The position numbers and the translations under genes are program-made. This document shows positions 1-14,504 of a DNA stretch of 64,000 nucleotides, one piece after another. The DNA is from Mobula hypostoma. Lineage: Eukaryota. A model generated the notes under the pieces. That model saw only the letters and a list, made by a program, of their open reading frames with translations. It did no database searches and was not told where the DNA came from. The stretch lies in NCBI RefSeq assembly GCF_963921235.1, contig NC_086108.1, forward strand, positions 113,586,001 through 113,650,000. Reading direction: 5' to 3'. Position 1 is the first letter of the stretch; each line of letters opens with the position of its first letter.

Positions 1-1295
1 ACTCATGAGTCTGCTTAACAAGATAAAATCATATGATGTTACAGAATAGATATTGGCATGGACAGAGGAATGTCTGACAGGCAGGAGGCAGCGAGTGGGA
101 ATAAAGGGGGCCTTTTCTGGTTGGCTACCAGTGTCTAGTGGTGTTCCTCAGAGGTCAGTATTCACATTGCTTGTCAGTGATTTAGATAATGGAATTGATG
201 GCTCTCTGATGAAGTTTGCAGATGATATGAAGATAGGGTGGAGAGGTAGATAGTGCTGAGGAAGCAACATGATTGCAGCAGCTATTGGAAGAACAGGCAA
301 AAAATTCACAAATGGAATACACCGTGGGGAAATGTATGATAATGCATTTGATAAAAGGAACAATAGTGCAGTCTATTATCTAAACGGGGAGAAAATTCAA
401 ACATTAGAAGGACTTAGGAGTCCTCGTGCAAGACTCCTAGAAGATTAATTTACAGGTTGAGTCTGTGGTAAAGAAGGCAAATCTATGCAATCTGTGGAAT
501 TCTCTGCCCAATGCAGCAGCAGAGGCTGCCTCAGTAAATATATTTAAGACAAGGTTGGATAGAGTTTTGCATCGTAGGGGAATTAAAGGTTGGGGGGATT
601 TGGCAGGTAGGTGGAGATGAGTCCATGGCCAGATCAGCCATGATCTTATTTAATGGCGGAGCAGGCTCGACGGGCCAGATGGCCGACTCCTGCTCCTATT
701 TCTTATGTTTTTAAATGTAATGTTGGTACTTATTTCAAGGGGAATAGAATATAAAAGCAAGGAGATAATGCTGAAGCTTTATAAGACACTAGTCAGGCCG
801 TACTTGGAGTATATCAACAAATTTGGGCCCCATATCTCAGAAAGGGTGTGTTGTCATTGGACAGAGTCTAGAGGAGGTTCATGATGATAATTCCAGGAAT
901 AAAGGGATTAACATATGAGGAATGTTTGACAGTTTTGGGCCTGTACTCACTAGAATTCGGAAGAATGCAGGGGGATCTCACTGAAACTTACCAAACATTG
1001 AAAGGACTAGATGGGGTGGACGTGGAGAGGATGTTTCCTATGGTGAGGGTATCCAGCACAGCTTCAAAATTTAGGAGTGACCTTTTAGAACAGAAGTAAG
1101 GAGGAATTTTTTTTAGCTAGAGAGTGGTGAATCTGTGGAATGCTCTGCCACAGACTGCCGTGGAGACCAAGTCTGTGAGTATATTTAAAACGGAATTTGA
1201 TAGTTTCCTGATTAGTCAGGGCCTCAAAGGCGAGAAGACAGATGAATGGGGTTGAGTGGGATCCGGGATCAGCCATGATGGAATGGTGGAGCAGA
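1..1295 (+). mobile_element. CR1 LINE 3' part, degraded, with a second CR1 3'-end fragment inserted at about 480-710
   Basis: SGVPQ...KFADD RT motifs and the LGLYSLEF-RM-GDL C-terminal segment, with many stops. Confidence 0.85.
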
Positions 1296-1299
1296 ACTT

Positions 1300-2780
1300 A
1301 AGGAGGATGAACTCTCACAAGGCGGCAGACCCTGATGGACTACCTGGTAAGGGTCTGAAAACATGCCAACTGACTGGTGGGGGTATTCAAAGACATTTTC
1401 AATCTCTCATTCAGGGTCCAGCTGCTTCAAAAGGACAACAATTATACCAGTGCCCAAGAAGAGCAGAGTGATCACAAACAAGAGATAATCTGCAGATGCT
1501 GGAAATCCAAGTAACACACACAAAATGGTGGAGCAGTGTGAGCTACCTTAATGACTTTAGGCCAGTAGCACTCACATCTATGGTAATGAAATGCTTTGAG
1601 AGGTTGCTCATGGCTAGAAGCAACTCGTGCCTCAGCGGGGATCTGGACCTGCTGCAATTTGCCTATCGCCACAATAGGTCTACAGTGGACACGATCTCAA
1701 TGGCTCTCCGTGCGACCTTGGATCACCTGGACAATACACATACTTACAGTATGTAGGATGCTGTTCATTGACCTTAGCTCAGCGTTAAACAACATCATTC
1801 CTATAGTCCTGATCAATAAGCTACAGAACCTGGGCCTCTGTACCTCCCTCTGCAACTGATCCTCAATTTCCTAACCGGAAGACCGCAATCAGTGCGGATT
1901 GGTAATAGCATATCCTCCTCACTGACGATCAACACTGGCGCACCTCAGGGGTGTGTGCTTAGCCCACTGCTCTACCCTCTCTATACCCATGACTGTGTGG
2001 CAAACGCCACCATAAAATGTACTGATGATACAGTCATTGTTGACAGAATCTCAGATGGCAATGAGAGGGTGTAAAGGGGCGAGATATACCAGTTAGTTGA
2101 GTCGTGTCACAACAACAACCTTGTACTTAGCATCAGTAAGACAGAAAGCTTAAGACAGTGGAACACAAACCAAACTTTATAGAGGGACCAGAAGTGGAGA
2201 GAGTGAGAAATGTCAAGTTCCTGGGAGTCAATACCTGCGGATCTAACCTGGCCCCGACATATTGATGCAGTTATAAAGAAGGCAAAATAGCGGCTATATT
2301 TCATTAGGAGTTTGAGGAGTTTTGGTTTGTCACCTAAAACACTAGAAAACTCCTACAGATGTACCATGGAGAGCATTCTGACTGGCTGCAGTGGTGGGGA
2401 CTACTGCATAGGATTGAAGTTATAAAACTAGTCAGCTCTATCATAGGTACTAGACTCTGTATAATCCAAGACATCTTCAAGGAGCAGTGCCTCAGAAAAG
2501 CGACTTCCATCATCAAGGACCCCAACCACCCAGAACATGCCCACTTCCCATTGTTACTATCAGGTAGGAGGTATAGAAGCCTGAAGGCACACACTCAGCG
2601 ATTCAGGAACAGCTTCTTCCCCTCTGCCATCCGATTCCTAAATGGACATTGAACACATGAACACTCCCTTACACTAATTTTTTAAAATTTCTGTTTTTGC
2701 ACCACTTAATTTAATTATTTAATATACTTACTGCAATTCAGTTCTTTTTCTGTATCATCATGTATCGCATTGTACTGCTG
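1300..2780 (+). mobile_element. Rex1/Babar-like LINE RT fragment, degraded; pLTR-tail fragment inserted at about 1472-1530
   Basis: [61 protein letters not shown] motifs. Confidence 0.85.
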
Positions 2781-3111
2781 CTCCCACTCCCAACTATTCT
2801 GCTGGCAAATTTACAGTCTCTGGAAAATAAAATAAAACAGAAGGCCTCAGAGCAAGAGGGCATCAGGGACTTTGCTTCATTGAAAGATGACCCACTCCAC
2901 CCAACGGTGACCAATTATTCGGGTGTTATTGCAACAATGAATCAGAAGTTATTCAGTGTTTGGAACAAGAGCAGCAATACAATGAATCCACGTAACTTCC
3001 CATCACAAAACTTAAAGCCAAGAGGCTAATGGAAATTCATCCCAATTCTCAGAAACCCAGTGTCAGACACAGACTTTAAAACAAGTACAAAGCAAACTAA
3101 TATCCAGACTT

Positions 3112-6100
3112 TGTGGTGATATCACGTGCAATGATGTGCCAGTACACGATTGGACAGAGCACTGAGCATGCACGGGATCGCCAGAATGTTCCAGCACGTG
3201 GCTGGGTTAAGACGTGTTTGTTTATTACCGTAAATAAAAGTTCTCTAATTCTTCCAGAATATGATTCTTTATTGTTAACCCACGGTACGTTTAAACAGAA
3301 GTTACATAACATGGTGTCAGAAGTGAGATGAAACATTGTGGGAATCAGACAAGTAAATTAAGCTGAAGGCAATGATAATGTTAGCCATGATTCTCTTGAA
3401 CAGTGGAGAAGGTCTGAGTCCGTGGCTTGTTCCTAAGCACATGAGATTCTGCAGATGCTGGAAATCTAGAGCAACAGACACAAAATGCCGGAAGAACCCA
3501 CCAAGTCAGGCCACATCTATGGAGGGGAATAAACAGTCGATGCCCTGGTCCAAGACTCTTCATCGGGACTGCCCCAAAATATCGACTGTTTATTCTCCTC
3601 CACAGTTATTGCATGGCCTGTTCCTGATCCGTTCTAATGTCCTTGCGGAGTTTTTTCTGAATTTGTCATAATTTTAAATAATTAAAGACAAGAATGGAAA
3701 CAACAGCTGTAAAATAAAGTCAAATCCAAGGTTGGACGAGACACTTGAAATTTCACGGAGCGTTAAAATAGCACTGTGAAATGGGCCCAAACAGTTTTCT
3801 TGTGGAAGATTGATCTTTCTTCTAGCACAACTTGCAAGGAGTTCACCTAGAGGACATACAGTAAACGCACATATTTTCAAGTGATGGTACAAGCACTAAC
3901 CCAGAGATTGCAGAATTGGTGTCTTCTTGTCAAACATGCCTTAAATACCAATTTAGCAACCCTAAGGAGCCACTGCATCCACACCCGAATCCTCAGAAGG
4001 TAGGCGTTGATCTTTTTATAACTAACAACAAAGACTCTCTATTAGTAACAGATCACTACTCATTGTATCCTGAAGTGTGTTGTCTGGGCAGAACAACTGC
4101 AGAAAATGTAATTACATGCATGAAATCATTTTTTTCAAGACATGGTGTACCTGATGAAGTTTTCACGGACAATGGTCCACAATTCAGTAGTGAATGTATG
4201 AAACATTTTGCTCATGAATGGGGCTTTGTTCATACAACATCTAGTCCATTTTTCCCTCAGTCCAATGGATTAGTTGAGAAATCGGTAGGAATTGTCAAGA
4301 AACTGATGCACAAAGCAAAAGACAGTGGAAGTGAATTTTATAAAGCCTTGTTAGCCTGCTGCAATACTCTACTTGAATGTGGATTTTCACCTGCTCAGCT
4401 CTTGATGGGACGACGTTTGAGATCTAATCTGCCAACGGATAAGAGCCTTCTGAGAAGGTGAACAAGTGAAAAGATGGAAAGATGAACACAAAGCAGTGTA
4501 GAAAATATACTTTGATAGATGTCCTTGTCCATTACCCGAACTGCATCAGGGAGATGACGTGAGGATACAAGACAAAATGAACACATGGATACAGAAAGCT
4601 ACAGCACTTGAAGAAGTACAACCCAGATCATACATGGTCCAAACAGAAGAAGGAGCAGTGTTAAGAAGAAATCGCAAAGACCTCAAGAAACAGCCAACTT
4701 CAGAGTTTCAGTTAACTGATGCAGATGAGACAAAACATGTAAATAATAACAGGGACACACAAGATCTGTGTGTACCACTTAGAAGGTCTACTTGTGCTCG
4801 TAAACCCACAGAGAGACTGACAGAGACTTGTTGAATTATGCATTTGCTTTGATTAACATTGTTAATTGGTTTTCTTTTTAAGGAAAAGAAGATGTGGTGA
4901 TGTCACATGCAATGATGTGCCAGTACATGATTGGACAGAGCACTGAGCATGTGCAGGATTGCCAGAATGTTCCAGCACGTGGCTGGGTTAAGACATGTTT
5001 GTATATTAAGGATATACGGATATATGTCCAAGGATACATGGTGTATTGGAAGGATAGGAAGGTAGGCAGAGGGGGTGGAGTGGCTTTATTGGTAAGAAAT
5101 GATATTAAATCATAAGAAAGAGGTGATATAGGATCGGAAGGTGCAGAATCTTTATGGGTTGAGCTAGGAAATCGCAGAGGTAAAAGGATCCTGATGGCAG
5201 TTATTAAAAGGCCTCCAAACAGCTGCAGTGATGTGGACTACAAATTACAACAGGAAATAGAAAAGGCTTGTCAGAAGGGCAGTATTATGATAATTGTGGG
5301 AGATTTTAACATGCGAGTGGATTGGGAAAATCAGGTCGGCACTGGATCTCAAGAGAGAGAATTTGTAGACTGTCTGCGAGATGGTTTTTTAGAACAGCTT
5401 GTTGTTGAGCCCACTAGGGGATCGGTTGTACTGGATTGGGTATTGTGTAATGAACTGGAGGTGATTGGAGAGATTGAGGTGAAGGACCCCTTAGGAGGCA
5501 GTGATCGTAACATGATTTGGTTCACTATGAAATTTGAGAAAGAGAAGCCAAAATCTGATGTGTCGGTATTTCAGTGGAGTAAAGGAAATTACAGTGGCAT
5601 GAGAGAGGAACTGGCCAAAGTTGACTAGAAAGGGACACTAGCGGAAATGACAGCAGAGTAGCAGTGGCTGGAGTTTATGCAAGAAGTGAGGAAGGTGCAA
5701 GACAGGTATATTCCAAAAAAGAAGAAATTTTCAAGTGGAAAAAGGATGTAACCATGGCTGACGAGAGAAGTCAAAACCAAAGTTAAAGCAAAGGAGAGGG
5801 CATACAAGGAAGCAAAAATTAGTGGGAAGACAGAGGATTGGGAAGTTTTTAAAAGCTTGCAAAAGGAAACTAAAAAGGTCATTAAGAGGGAAAAGATGAA
5901 CTATGAAAGGAAGCTAGCAAAGAGGAACTAAAAGCTTTTTCAAGTATATAAAGAGTAAAAGACAGGTGACAGTAGATATAGGACCGATAGAAAATGGTGC
6001 TGGAGAAATTGTAATGGGAGATAAGGAGATAGCAGAGGAACTGAATGAGTATTTTGCATCAGTCTTCACTGAGGAAGACATCAGCAGTATACCAGACACT

Positions 6101-7858
6101 CATGGGTGTCAGGGAAGAGAAGTGTGCGCAGTCACAATTACGACAGAGAAAGTACTCAGGAAGCTGAATAGTCTAAGGGTAGATAAATCTCCCGGACCAG
6201 ATGGAATCACCCTCGTGTTCTGAAGGAATTAGCTGTGGAGATTGCGGAGGCATTAGCGATGATCTTTCAAAAGTCAATAGATTCTGGCATGGTTCTGGAG
6301 AACTGGAAGATTGCAAATGTCACTCCACTGTTTAAGAAGGGGACAAGGAAGCAAAAAGGAAATTATAGACCTGTTAGCTTGATATCGGTGGTTGGGAAGT
6401 TGTTGGAGTCGATTGTCAAGGATGAGGTTACGGAGTACCTGGAGGCATATGACAAGATAGGCAGAACTCAGCATGGTTTCCTTAAAGGAAAATACTGCCT
6501 GACAAACCTATTGCAATTTTTTGAGGAAATTACCAGTAGGCTGGACAAGGGAGATGCAGTAGATGTTGTATATTTGGATTTTCAGAAGGCCTTTGACAAG
6601 GTGCCACACATGAGGCTGCTTAACAAGATAAGAGCCCAGGGTATTATGGGAAAGTTACATACGTGGGTAGAGCGTTGGCTGATTGGCAGGAAACGGAGAG
6701 TGGGAATAAAGGGATCCCATTCTGGTTGGCTGCCGGTTACCAGTGGTGTTCCACAGGGGTCCATGTTGGGGCCGCTTCTTTTTATGTTGTACATCAACGA
6801 TTTGGATTATGGAATAGATGGCTTTGTGGCTAAGTTTGCTGATGATACAAACATAGGTGGAGGGGCCAGTAGTGCTGAGGAAACAGAGAGTCTGCAGAGA
6901 GACTTGGATGGATTGGGAGAATGGGCAAAGAAGTGGCAAATGAAATACAATGCTGGAAAGTGTATGGTTATGCACTTTGGCAGAAGAAATAAATGGGCAG
7001 ACTATTATTTAAATGGGGAAAGAATTCAAAGTTCTGAGATGCAACGGGACTTGGGAGTCCTTGTACAGGATACCCTTAAAGTTAACCTCCAGGTTGAGTC
7101 AGTGGTGAAGAAGGCGAATGCAATGTTGGCATTCATTTCTAGAGGAATAGAGTATAGGAGCAAGGATGTGATGTTGAGGCTCTATAAGGCACTGTTAAGA
7201 CCTCACTTGGAGTACTGTGGGCAGTTTTGGGCTCCTTATTTAAGAAAGGATTTGCTGATGTTGTAGAGGGTTCAGAGAAGATTCACTAGAATGATTCCAG
7301 GAATGAGAGGGTTAACATATGAGGAACGTCTGTCCACTCTTGGACTGTATTCCTTGGAGTTTAGAAGAATGAGGGGGGACCTCATAGAAATATTTCGAAT
7401 GTTGAAAGGCATGGACAGAGTGGATGTGGCAAAGTTGTTTCCCATGATGGGGGAGTCTAGTACGAGAGGACGAGAGGGCATGATTTAAGGATTGAAGGGC
7501 ACCCATTCAAAACAGAGATGCGAAGAAATTTTTTTAGCCAGAGGGTGGTGAATCTGTGGAATTTGTTGCCACGGGCAGCAGTGGAGGTCAAGTCATTAGG
7601 TGTATTTAAGGCAGAGATTGATAGGTATCTGAGTAGCCAGGGCATCAAAGGTTATGGTGAGAAGGCGGGGGAGTGGGACTAGATGGGAGAATGGATCAGC
7701 TCATGATAAAATGGTGGAGCAGACTCGATGGGCCGAATGGCCGACTTCTGCTCCTTTGTCTTGTGGTCTTATTACTGTAAATAAAAGTTCTCTAATTCTT
7801 CCAGAATATGATTCTTTACTGTTAACCCACAGTATGTTTAAACAGAAGTAACATAACA
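3112..7858 (+). mobile_element. Gypsy LTR retrotransposon remnant (5' LTR 3112-3311; 3' LTR 4893-7858 split by a CR1); integrase retained
   Basis: TG...CA LTRs; 5-bp TSD GACTT (3107-3111, 7859-7863); PBS TGGTGTCAGAAGTG (tRNA-Leu type); PPT aaggaaaagaaga; integrase core FSRHGVPDEVFTDNGPQF..PQSNGLVE at 3916-4461. Confidence 0.92.
5003..7768 (+). mobile_element. CR1 LINE ORF2 (endonuclease C-part plus RT), 5'-truncated, nested in the Gypsy 3' LTR
   Basis: GDFN endonuclease motif; 343-aa RT ORF 6235-7266 (NYRPVSL, QHGF, DFQKAFDKV, GVPQGS, FADD); CR1 3' UTR. Confidence 0.93.
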
Positions 7859-7999
7859 GACTTCATACAAAAAAAAGGCACTAAAGAGCAAAATGGAACA
7901 TCTGCCATTTCTTCCAAACAATCAATTAAACCCCCTTAGCAGAGGTACGTGGAACAAAGGAGAGAGATTGTCTGTGAAGTACAAGGGGATTACTGTACT

Positions 8000-8515
8000 G
8001 TTTGCTCTTTACCCGTGCTGTCCGGCTGCATCATTATGTGGCAGGGAAGTTGCAAGACATCTGACCACATGCCTGTACAGAGGATCACCAGGGTCTCCCT
8101 CACCCCCCTTTCTGACATTTACTGGGAGTGTTGTACACCAAGGGCGTGAAGCATTGTTGAGGATCCTTACCACCCATCCCTGAATCTTTTTGACCCGCTA
8201 CTATCAGGAAGGAGGTATAGGAGCATCAGGACTAGGACTGCCAGACTGGGAAACAGCTTCTTCACCCTGGCTGCAAGACAAATCAATAGTGAGACGACCA
8301 CCACCAAGGTCACTAGAATAGTGAGTTGTTTACTGGTTACTTGTGCTTCACACTATGTACACTTTGAATTGTATTTTGTTAACTCACTTGTGGAAATATT
8401 TTGGTTTAAGTGATGCGTGTGATATAAGTTTTGTGGTTGTACCGTGGTCTGGAGGAATATTGTTTCGTTTGGTTGTACTTACGTACTGTCAAATGACAAT
8501 AAACTTGAACTTAAT
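8000..8515 (+). mobile_element. Rex1-like LINE 3' fragment
   Basis: SGRRYRSIRTRT..NSFF-like segment and acaataaacttgaactt tail. Confidence 0.6.
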
Positions 8516-8769
8516 TAGAGGGGGTCAGAAGAACAATATTCTCACCCAAAGGATGCTTGAAATCTGGAATATATTGTCTGAACAGAGTTGGTGCAAGACT
8601 CTCTCATCTCGGAGGCAACTGGACGGGTTTTAGAATTGACAAGGCACAGGGGCCTAAAGAGCAAGTACTGGTAAATAGGATGACCATCAGTGATTGCTTG
8701 AAGGTCATCAAGGATATGATGGGCCAAATGGCCTGTACTATACAACTCATAGCTTCAAAAAATTTAATG

Positions 8770-9270
8770 AGACCATAAGTCATAGGATCAGAGTGAGGCC
8801 ATTTGGCAATTTGACCCTGCTCTGCCATTCCATCACGGCTGATTTAATATCCCTCTCAACCTCATTCTCCTGCCTTCTCCCCGTAACCTTTGACACTCTG
8901 ACTAACCATGAACCTATCAACTTTCACTTTAAATATACCTAACGACTTGGCCTCCACAGCCATCTGGGGCAACAAATTCCACAGATTCACCACCCTCTGG
9001 CTAAAGAAATTCCTCCTTGTGCCTGTTCTGAACAGACATCCCTCTATTCTGAGGCTGTGCCCTCTGATCCTGGACTCCCCCCACCAGAGGAAACATCCTC
9101 TCCACGTCCACTCTATTTAGGTCTTTTAATATTTGATAGGTTTCAATAAATCCCACCCTCTCATTCTTCTAAACTCCAGAGCAAACAGGCCCAAAGCCAT
9201 CGAACACTCCTCATATGTTAACCCTTTCATTCCCAGGATCATTCTTGTACACCTCCTCTGGACCCTCTGG
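8770..9270 (-). mobile_element. CR1 3' fragment
   Basis: Reverse complement of the same CR1 3' end seen at 7290-7768. Confidence 0.75.
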
Positions 9271-9439
9271 ATTTGGATCGATATTCTTCGGAGTTTTGTA
9301 GAACAATGAGTAATCTTACTGAAACATAGAAGCTGCTGAGGGGACTTGGCAGGGTGAATGGTGAGATATTTGTACTAATGGAATACGTCAAACAAGGGGA
9401 CAAAAACAGTACAGCACTGCAACAGGCCCCTTGGCCCAT

Positions 9440-9582
9440 GGCATGGTAATGTAGCGGTTTGCATAATGCTTCACGTGATCAGAAGGCTGGGGTTCAATTC
9501 ACAATGCTCTCTGTGAGGGAGCTTCTACATTCTCTCTATGACTGTAGGGGTTTCCTCCGGGTGCTCGGGTTTCCTCCCACAT
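9440..9582 (+). mobile_element. tRNA-derived V-SINE (HE1-like); further copies at about 20680-20810(-), 29340-29470(+), 30200-30300(+), 36270-36450(-), 37810-37940(-), 52010-52150(+)
   Basis: B-box-like ggttcaattc followed by the V-domain core gggtttcctccgggtgctc-ggtttcctcccaca. Confidence 0.7.
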
Positions 9583-10919
9583 ATGGGTCAGCACGGTTTT
9601 ATTAAGGGGGAACCTTGCCTGACAACTCCGTTGGAATTCTTTGATTGAATAACAGGCAGGATAGACAAAAGAGCATTGGTGGATGTTGGATTTTCAGAAG
9701 GCCTTTAACAAGCTGTGCACATGAGTTTGCATAACAAGATAAGAGCCGACGGAATTACAGGAAAGCTTCTATCTGCGTTGGTATATCAGCTGACTGGCGG
9801 GAAGCAGACTGAGAATAAAGGGGGTCCTTTTTTGGAACAGTTCAGTGATGGGGCAAGTGAAGTTGAATGAAGTTATCCCCACTGGTTCAGGAACCTGATG
9901 GTTGAGGGGTAATGACTGTTCCTGAACCTGGTGGTGTGGGTCCTGAGGCTCCTGTACCTCCTTCCTGATGGCAGCAGCGAGAAGAGAGCCTGGCCTGGGT
10001 GGTGGGGTCTCTGATGATGGATGCAGCTTTCCCGTGACAGTGCTCCATGGTGTGGAAGCCTTCCCCGTGATGGACTGGGCCGTTGCATGTATTCAGTGGC
10101 CAGAAGGACTGGATAACTGTGATGGGGGTAAATGGGTGGCCAATGATCAACATGGATCTGCTGGAACCAGTGGCTTTTTCTGACTGTATACGTTTCTATC
10201 TCACCAGGGTCCTGAAGCCAATGTTTAGTCTTCAATCAACATCACCAAAAGCAGATTTTCTGTTCATTAAAACATTGCTATTTGCGGCATTTCTCTGTGA
10301 GTATACTTCAAAGGAATTTCATCAGCTATAAAGAACTTTGTGCTGCCCAGATGTAGTGAAGACAGCTTTCTCATGGAGAATAACACGTTTTATGAATGAG
10401 TAGTGGAATCAGATGTCTTCACATCTGGTCTCCATTTGTAGAGCAAATCCGGGTGATGTTTAAAGGGGTAATCACAAGACGATTGCTTTTAATGCTGAGT
10501 CACCAGCTAGCCGACGAGAGTAAGCCGATGTTTACAAGTGACTCGCTACTCAGATATGTGAGAGGCCTTCCATTGGTCGGTGTCGAGCATGGATGCTGCT
10601 TCCCAGCTGTCTGTGTCGTCACTGTCTGAGATAAGGGTATTCTGATATGGAGAGCAGGCTGTTGCCCATTAGTGGGCACTCCCTCTCCACGCAGCTGATG
10701 AATCCAAAGGAACAGCAGACACTGATACAGTTCAGTGCCTGCGGCATCACAGGAGTTGCCAGTCAGAGTTGAACTCAATGAAGGACTGCCTTAGAGACTT
10801 CACTCTGGGTTCTTAATGCTAAAGCCTTCCACTTGAGTGGGTCAGGCTGCAAGGCAGCGGAGCTTTGCGATCAGAGTTTTCCTTCTTCCAGAGGAGCACT
10901 GCATTCCTTTATACAGTAC

Positions 10920-11545
10920 ACAGTGCATTGGCCTTCATCAACCGTGGGATTGAGTTTAAGAGCTAAGAGGTAATGTTACAGCTATATAGGACCCTGGTCA
11001 GACCCCTCTTGGAGTACTGTGCTCAATTCTGGTCGCCTCACTACAGGAAGGATGTGGAAACCATAGAAAGGGTGCAGAGGAGATTTACAAGGATGTTGCC
11101 TGGATTGGGGAGCATGCCTTATGAAAACAGGTTGAGTGAACTCAGCCTTTTCTCCTTGGAGCGACGAAGGATGAGAGGTAACCTAATAGAGGTGTACAAG
11201 ATAATGAGAGGTATTGATCGTGTGGATAGCCTGAGGCTTTTTCCCAGGGTTGAAATGGCTGGCATGAGAGGGCATAGTTTTAAGGTGCTTGGAAGTAGGT
11301 ATGGAGGAGATGTCAGGGGTAAGTTTTTTACGCAGAGAGTAGTGAGTGTGTGGAATGGGCTGCCAACGGAGGCAGAAATGACAGGGTCTTTTAGGAGAGT
11401 CCTGGATAGGTACGTGGAGCTTAGAAAAATAGAGGGTTATGGGTAAGCCTAGGTAGTTCTAAGGTAAGTACACATTGGGCACAGCTTTGTGAGTCAAAGG
11501 ACCTGTATTGTGCTGTAGGTTTTCTATGTTTCTTTGTTTCTATGT
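10920..11545 (+). mobile_element. CR1 3' fragment
   Basis: ORF 10973-11446 LYRTLVRPLLEYCAQFWSP...; ttctatgtttct tail. Confidence 0.88.
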
Positions 11546-14504
11546 AGGAGCTGCCAAACACAGCTGACAAGCCCGTCTGCCCACAGCGACTGGTTTTAAG
11601 GCACCAGTAACCTGTCTTTGATCCTCCTTGTACCAATGGAAACAGTTCAGTAGGTTTACTAGCTGAGTCACACATGAAAGCCAGGAGCTGGTCTTGGTTG
11701 TCAGAGGCTGTTTGAGGTACACATTATTGGGAGCATTTCATAGACAGTGGGAGCTTGTCCCCACAATGGCAACCTTAAGAAACCAATACACGATAAACAT
11801 GTATCTAAAGAGGATAGATGTAATAGGTTCACTGTACAGTCACAGGCTATCTATCCACTCTGTTTATGTTCAGACATGTGGTGGTAACGCGATCTATAAA
11901 ATCATACATCATGTCAAAACTTGCGGAGCAGATGCAAGCAGTTTTGTACTGAATGCTAAGTTAAAACTGCAAGACTGCATCAAATCCACAACAAAGAATA
12001 TCGACGTAAGATACCAGCCAAGAAATGGGATCACAGAGAGATCAAAGCTGTCCTTTTTTGAAGAATGGGGTTTCTTTTCCTGCACCATTGATGCTGCCTT
12101 CACCAACATCTCCTCCATTTCCCGAGCATCCACGTTCACCCCACCTTCCCACCAGTGATAGAGATCCTCTTCTCACCTACCACTGCATGAGCCTCCATTA
12201 TCATGTGACATCACGCGATTGGTCAATTTTACGGGCTTGTCTGTCTAGCAATTAGCGTTTGACCTACTAATTCTGTGCACGTGTGTTCATTGTTTCTGTG
12301 TGGCCTATTCAGCTGCACTGAGCACAATAAATGGTCTGTTCTAGCTGCCGGGTTTTCCTTCATTGTAACAGTGGCGACGAGGATGGGATCTGTGACACTC
12401 ACTCATTTGAAATACATTTTCACATTAGAACAATGAGCATAATTTGAAAAGTTGAGCAATGTGGCAATTCACAATGCCCTGGAATGTTTACGTCAAACAT
12501 TTGGACTGTTTCTTCGTGGCAAATGACATCACTGAGCTCAATAAAAAAGCCAGCATCCTGCTCAGTGTATGCAATCCAAAAAACATACAACATTGTCCGA
12601 AGTTTGGTCAGTCTCAATTTGCCCTCTTCAAAATCTTATGAGGAACTTGTGAGGTTAATTAGGTCTCATTACAATCCCAAACCATCAGTTATTGTGTAAT
12701 ACTTTAGATTCTATACTTGTATTCAGTTAGAAAATGAATCAGTAGCAATGATTGTTGCTGAATTAAGAAAACTGACTGAATTTTGTGATTTTGATGGTGT
12801 TCGAGAAGATATGATACGTGACTGCTTGGTCATCAGCATGCGTGATGTTCGCATTCAACGTTGCCTATCGCCGGAACCAGAGCTAACACTTAAGTCAGCC
12901 TTTGATATTGCAAATACTACAGAAGCAGCAGATAAGAATGCAAACAAGAGAAAATCTGCAGATGCTGGGAATCCGAGCGACAGTCACAAAATGCCCGAGG
13001 AACCCAGCAGGCCAGGCAGCATCTACGGTAAATTCTACAGACGACGTTTCAGGCCGAGATCCTTCAGCGGGACCCAGAATAACAAGAATACAGTTTTGTT
13101 GCAACAGTGCAAAGTACAAAGAGAGGCGATGTCCCCATCACCCACGAGTGCCAGAGGTTAACAAAGTGACCCCAGCTAGGGAAAAAGGGAATTAAACTTT
13201 GAGTTTCCGGTGTTACCGTTGCAGTGAGTTTCACCAGAAGCTTACCGACTGCCGACACGGAAATTCCACCTGCTCTACTTGTCAAAAGGAAGGGCACTTG
13301 GCCAGTTCCCCCTGTATGGATGGTTTTTAAAGAGTAATGGCAGACCCATTCTCTTTGAACTCAACACTGGATGTGCTATTATGAGATGCAGTGAAGGAAC
13401 ACGGGTAGATATGTTTGGTTCTGACTCTATGCCACCGCACTACAGACTGAAGACTTACACAGGGGAGCAGGTACAGCTGCTTGGTTGCGGCAGGGATCTT
13501 CCTGAGCATAAACACCAATTGCATCAACTAGTCCTGCATATTACTAAGGGAGAAGGAACTTGCTCGAGCACAATTGGCTACAGCAAGTGCCTGTCCAAGC
13601 TGATGAAAACCAACATATTGGTCAAGAGCTTACTAAAGAGTTATAAACTTTTCACCAATCCCAATAAAGTTAAGCTTAAGGGTACCAAGCCACATCTTGC
13701 AGAATCAGGCACAGCGAAGTCACAGTTCTTCCAGTCACGTTCCTTGCCATATATGCTTCACCCCAAAGTTGACACAGAGCTTACGTGATTACAAGAAAAC
13801 AGGATCAATGAACCTGTGAGATTTTCACATTGGGCAACCCCAACTGTGCCGGTAGCCAAGAGTGATGGGAGCATAAAAATATGTGGAGCTTACAAGGTCA
13901 CAGTGAATCCAAGCACTAGGAGGCAGAACATTATTCAGTAAACTTGACCTTGAACATGTATACCAACTGCTTGAGCTAGAAGATCATCCCAAGAGCCTTT
14001 CTCCTATTGCAACGCACAAAGGTTTGTTCCAACGAGGCTCCCATTCGACATAAATTCATCCCCAGCAATATTCCAATGTACGATCACATCCTGAGTTAAA
14101 GACCTGCCCAATACAGCAACTGACTTAGATGATACTCTGGCTACCGCGAAGACCCTAGAAGAGTACCTGAATAATCCTGATAAAACTTCTCCAACTGATA
14201 CAACTTGGTCTACAACTAAAGCACAAGAAATGCATCCTTCTGGCAAATCATATAGAATACATGGGTTTTCACCTTGAATCCAAATTTATACATCCTATCA
14301 AAGAAAAGCTTTGTCCCATTCTTGAAGCCCCAGCACCAGGATAAACATGGACTTTGCTCCTTTTGGGGCTTGTTCGTTCGTTACGCCGTATTTCTGCCTG
14401 ACACAGCCACATGCTTCTTGCTTCCCTTAACAATCTATTGAAGAAAGTTATGAGATGGCGTTGGAACAGGCAAAAGAATCTGCTTTTCAGACAGCCTAAC
14501 GAAT

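Noticed and set aside
13041..13073. Additional hammerheads at about 3535, 13041, 19125, 23548 and 31022
   Set aside because: The core nucleotides (CUGANGA or GAAA) are mutated or deleted, so they are not called as functional RNAs.
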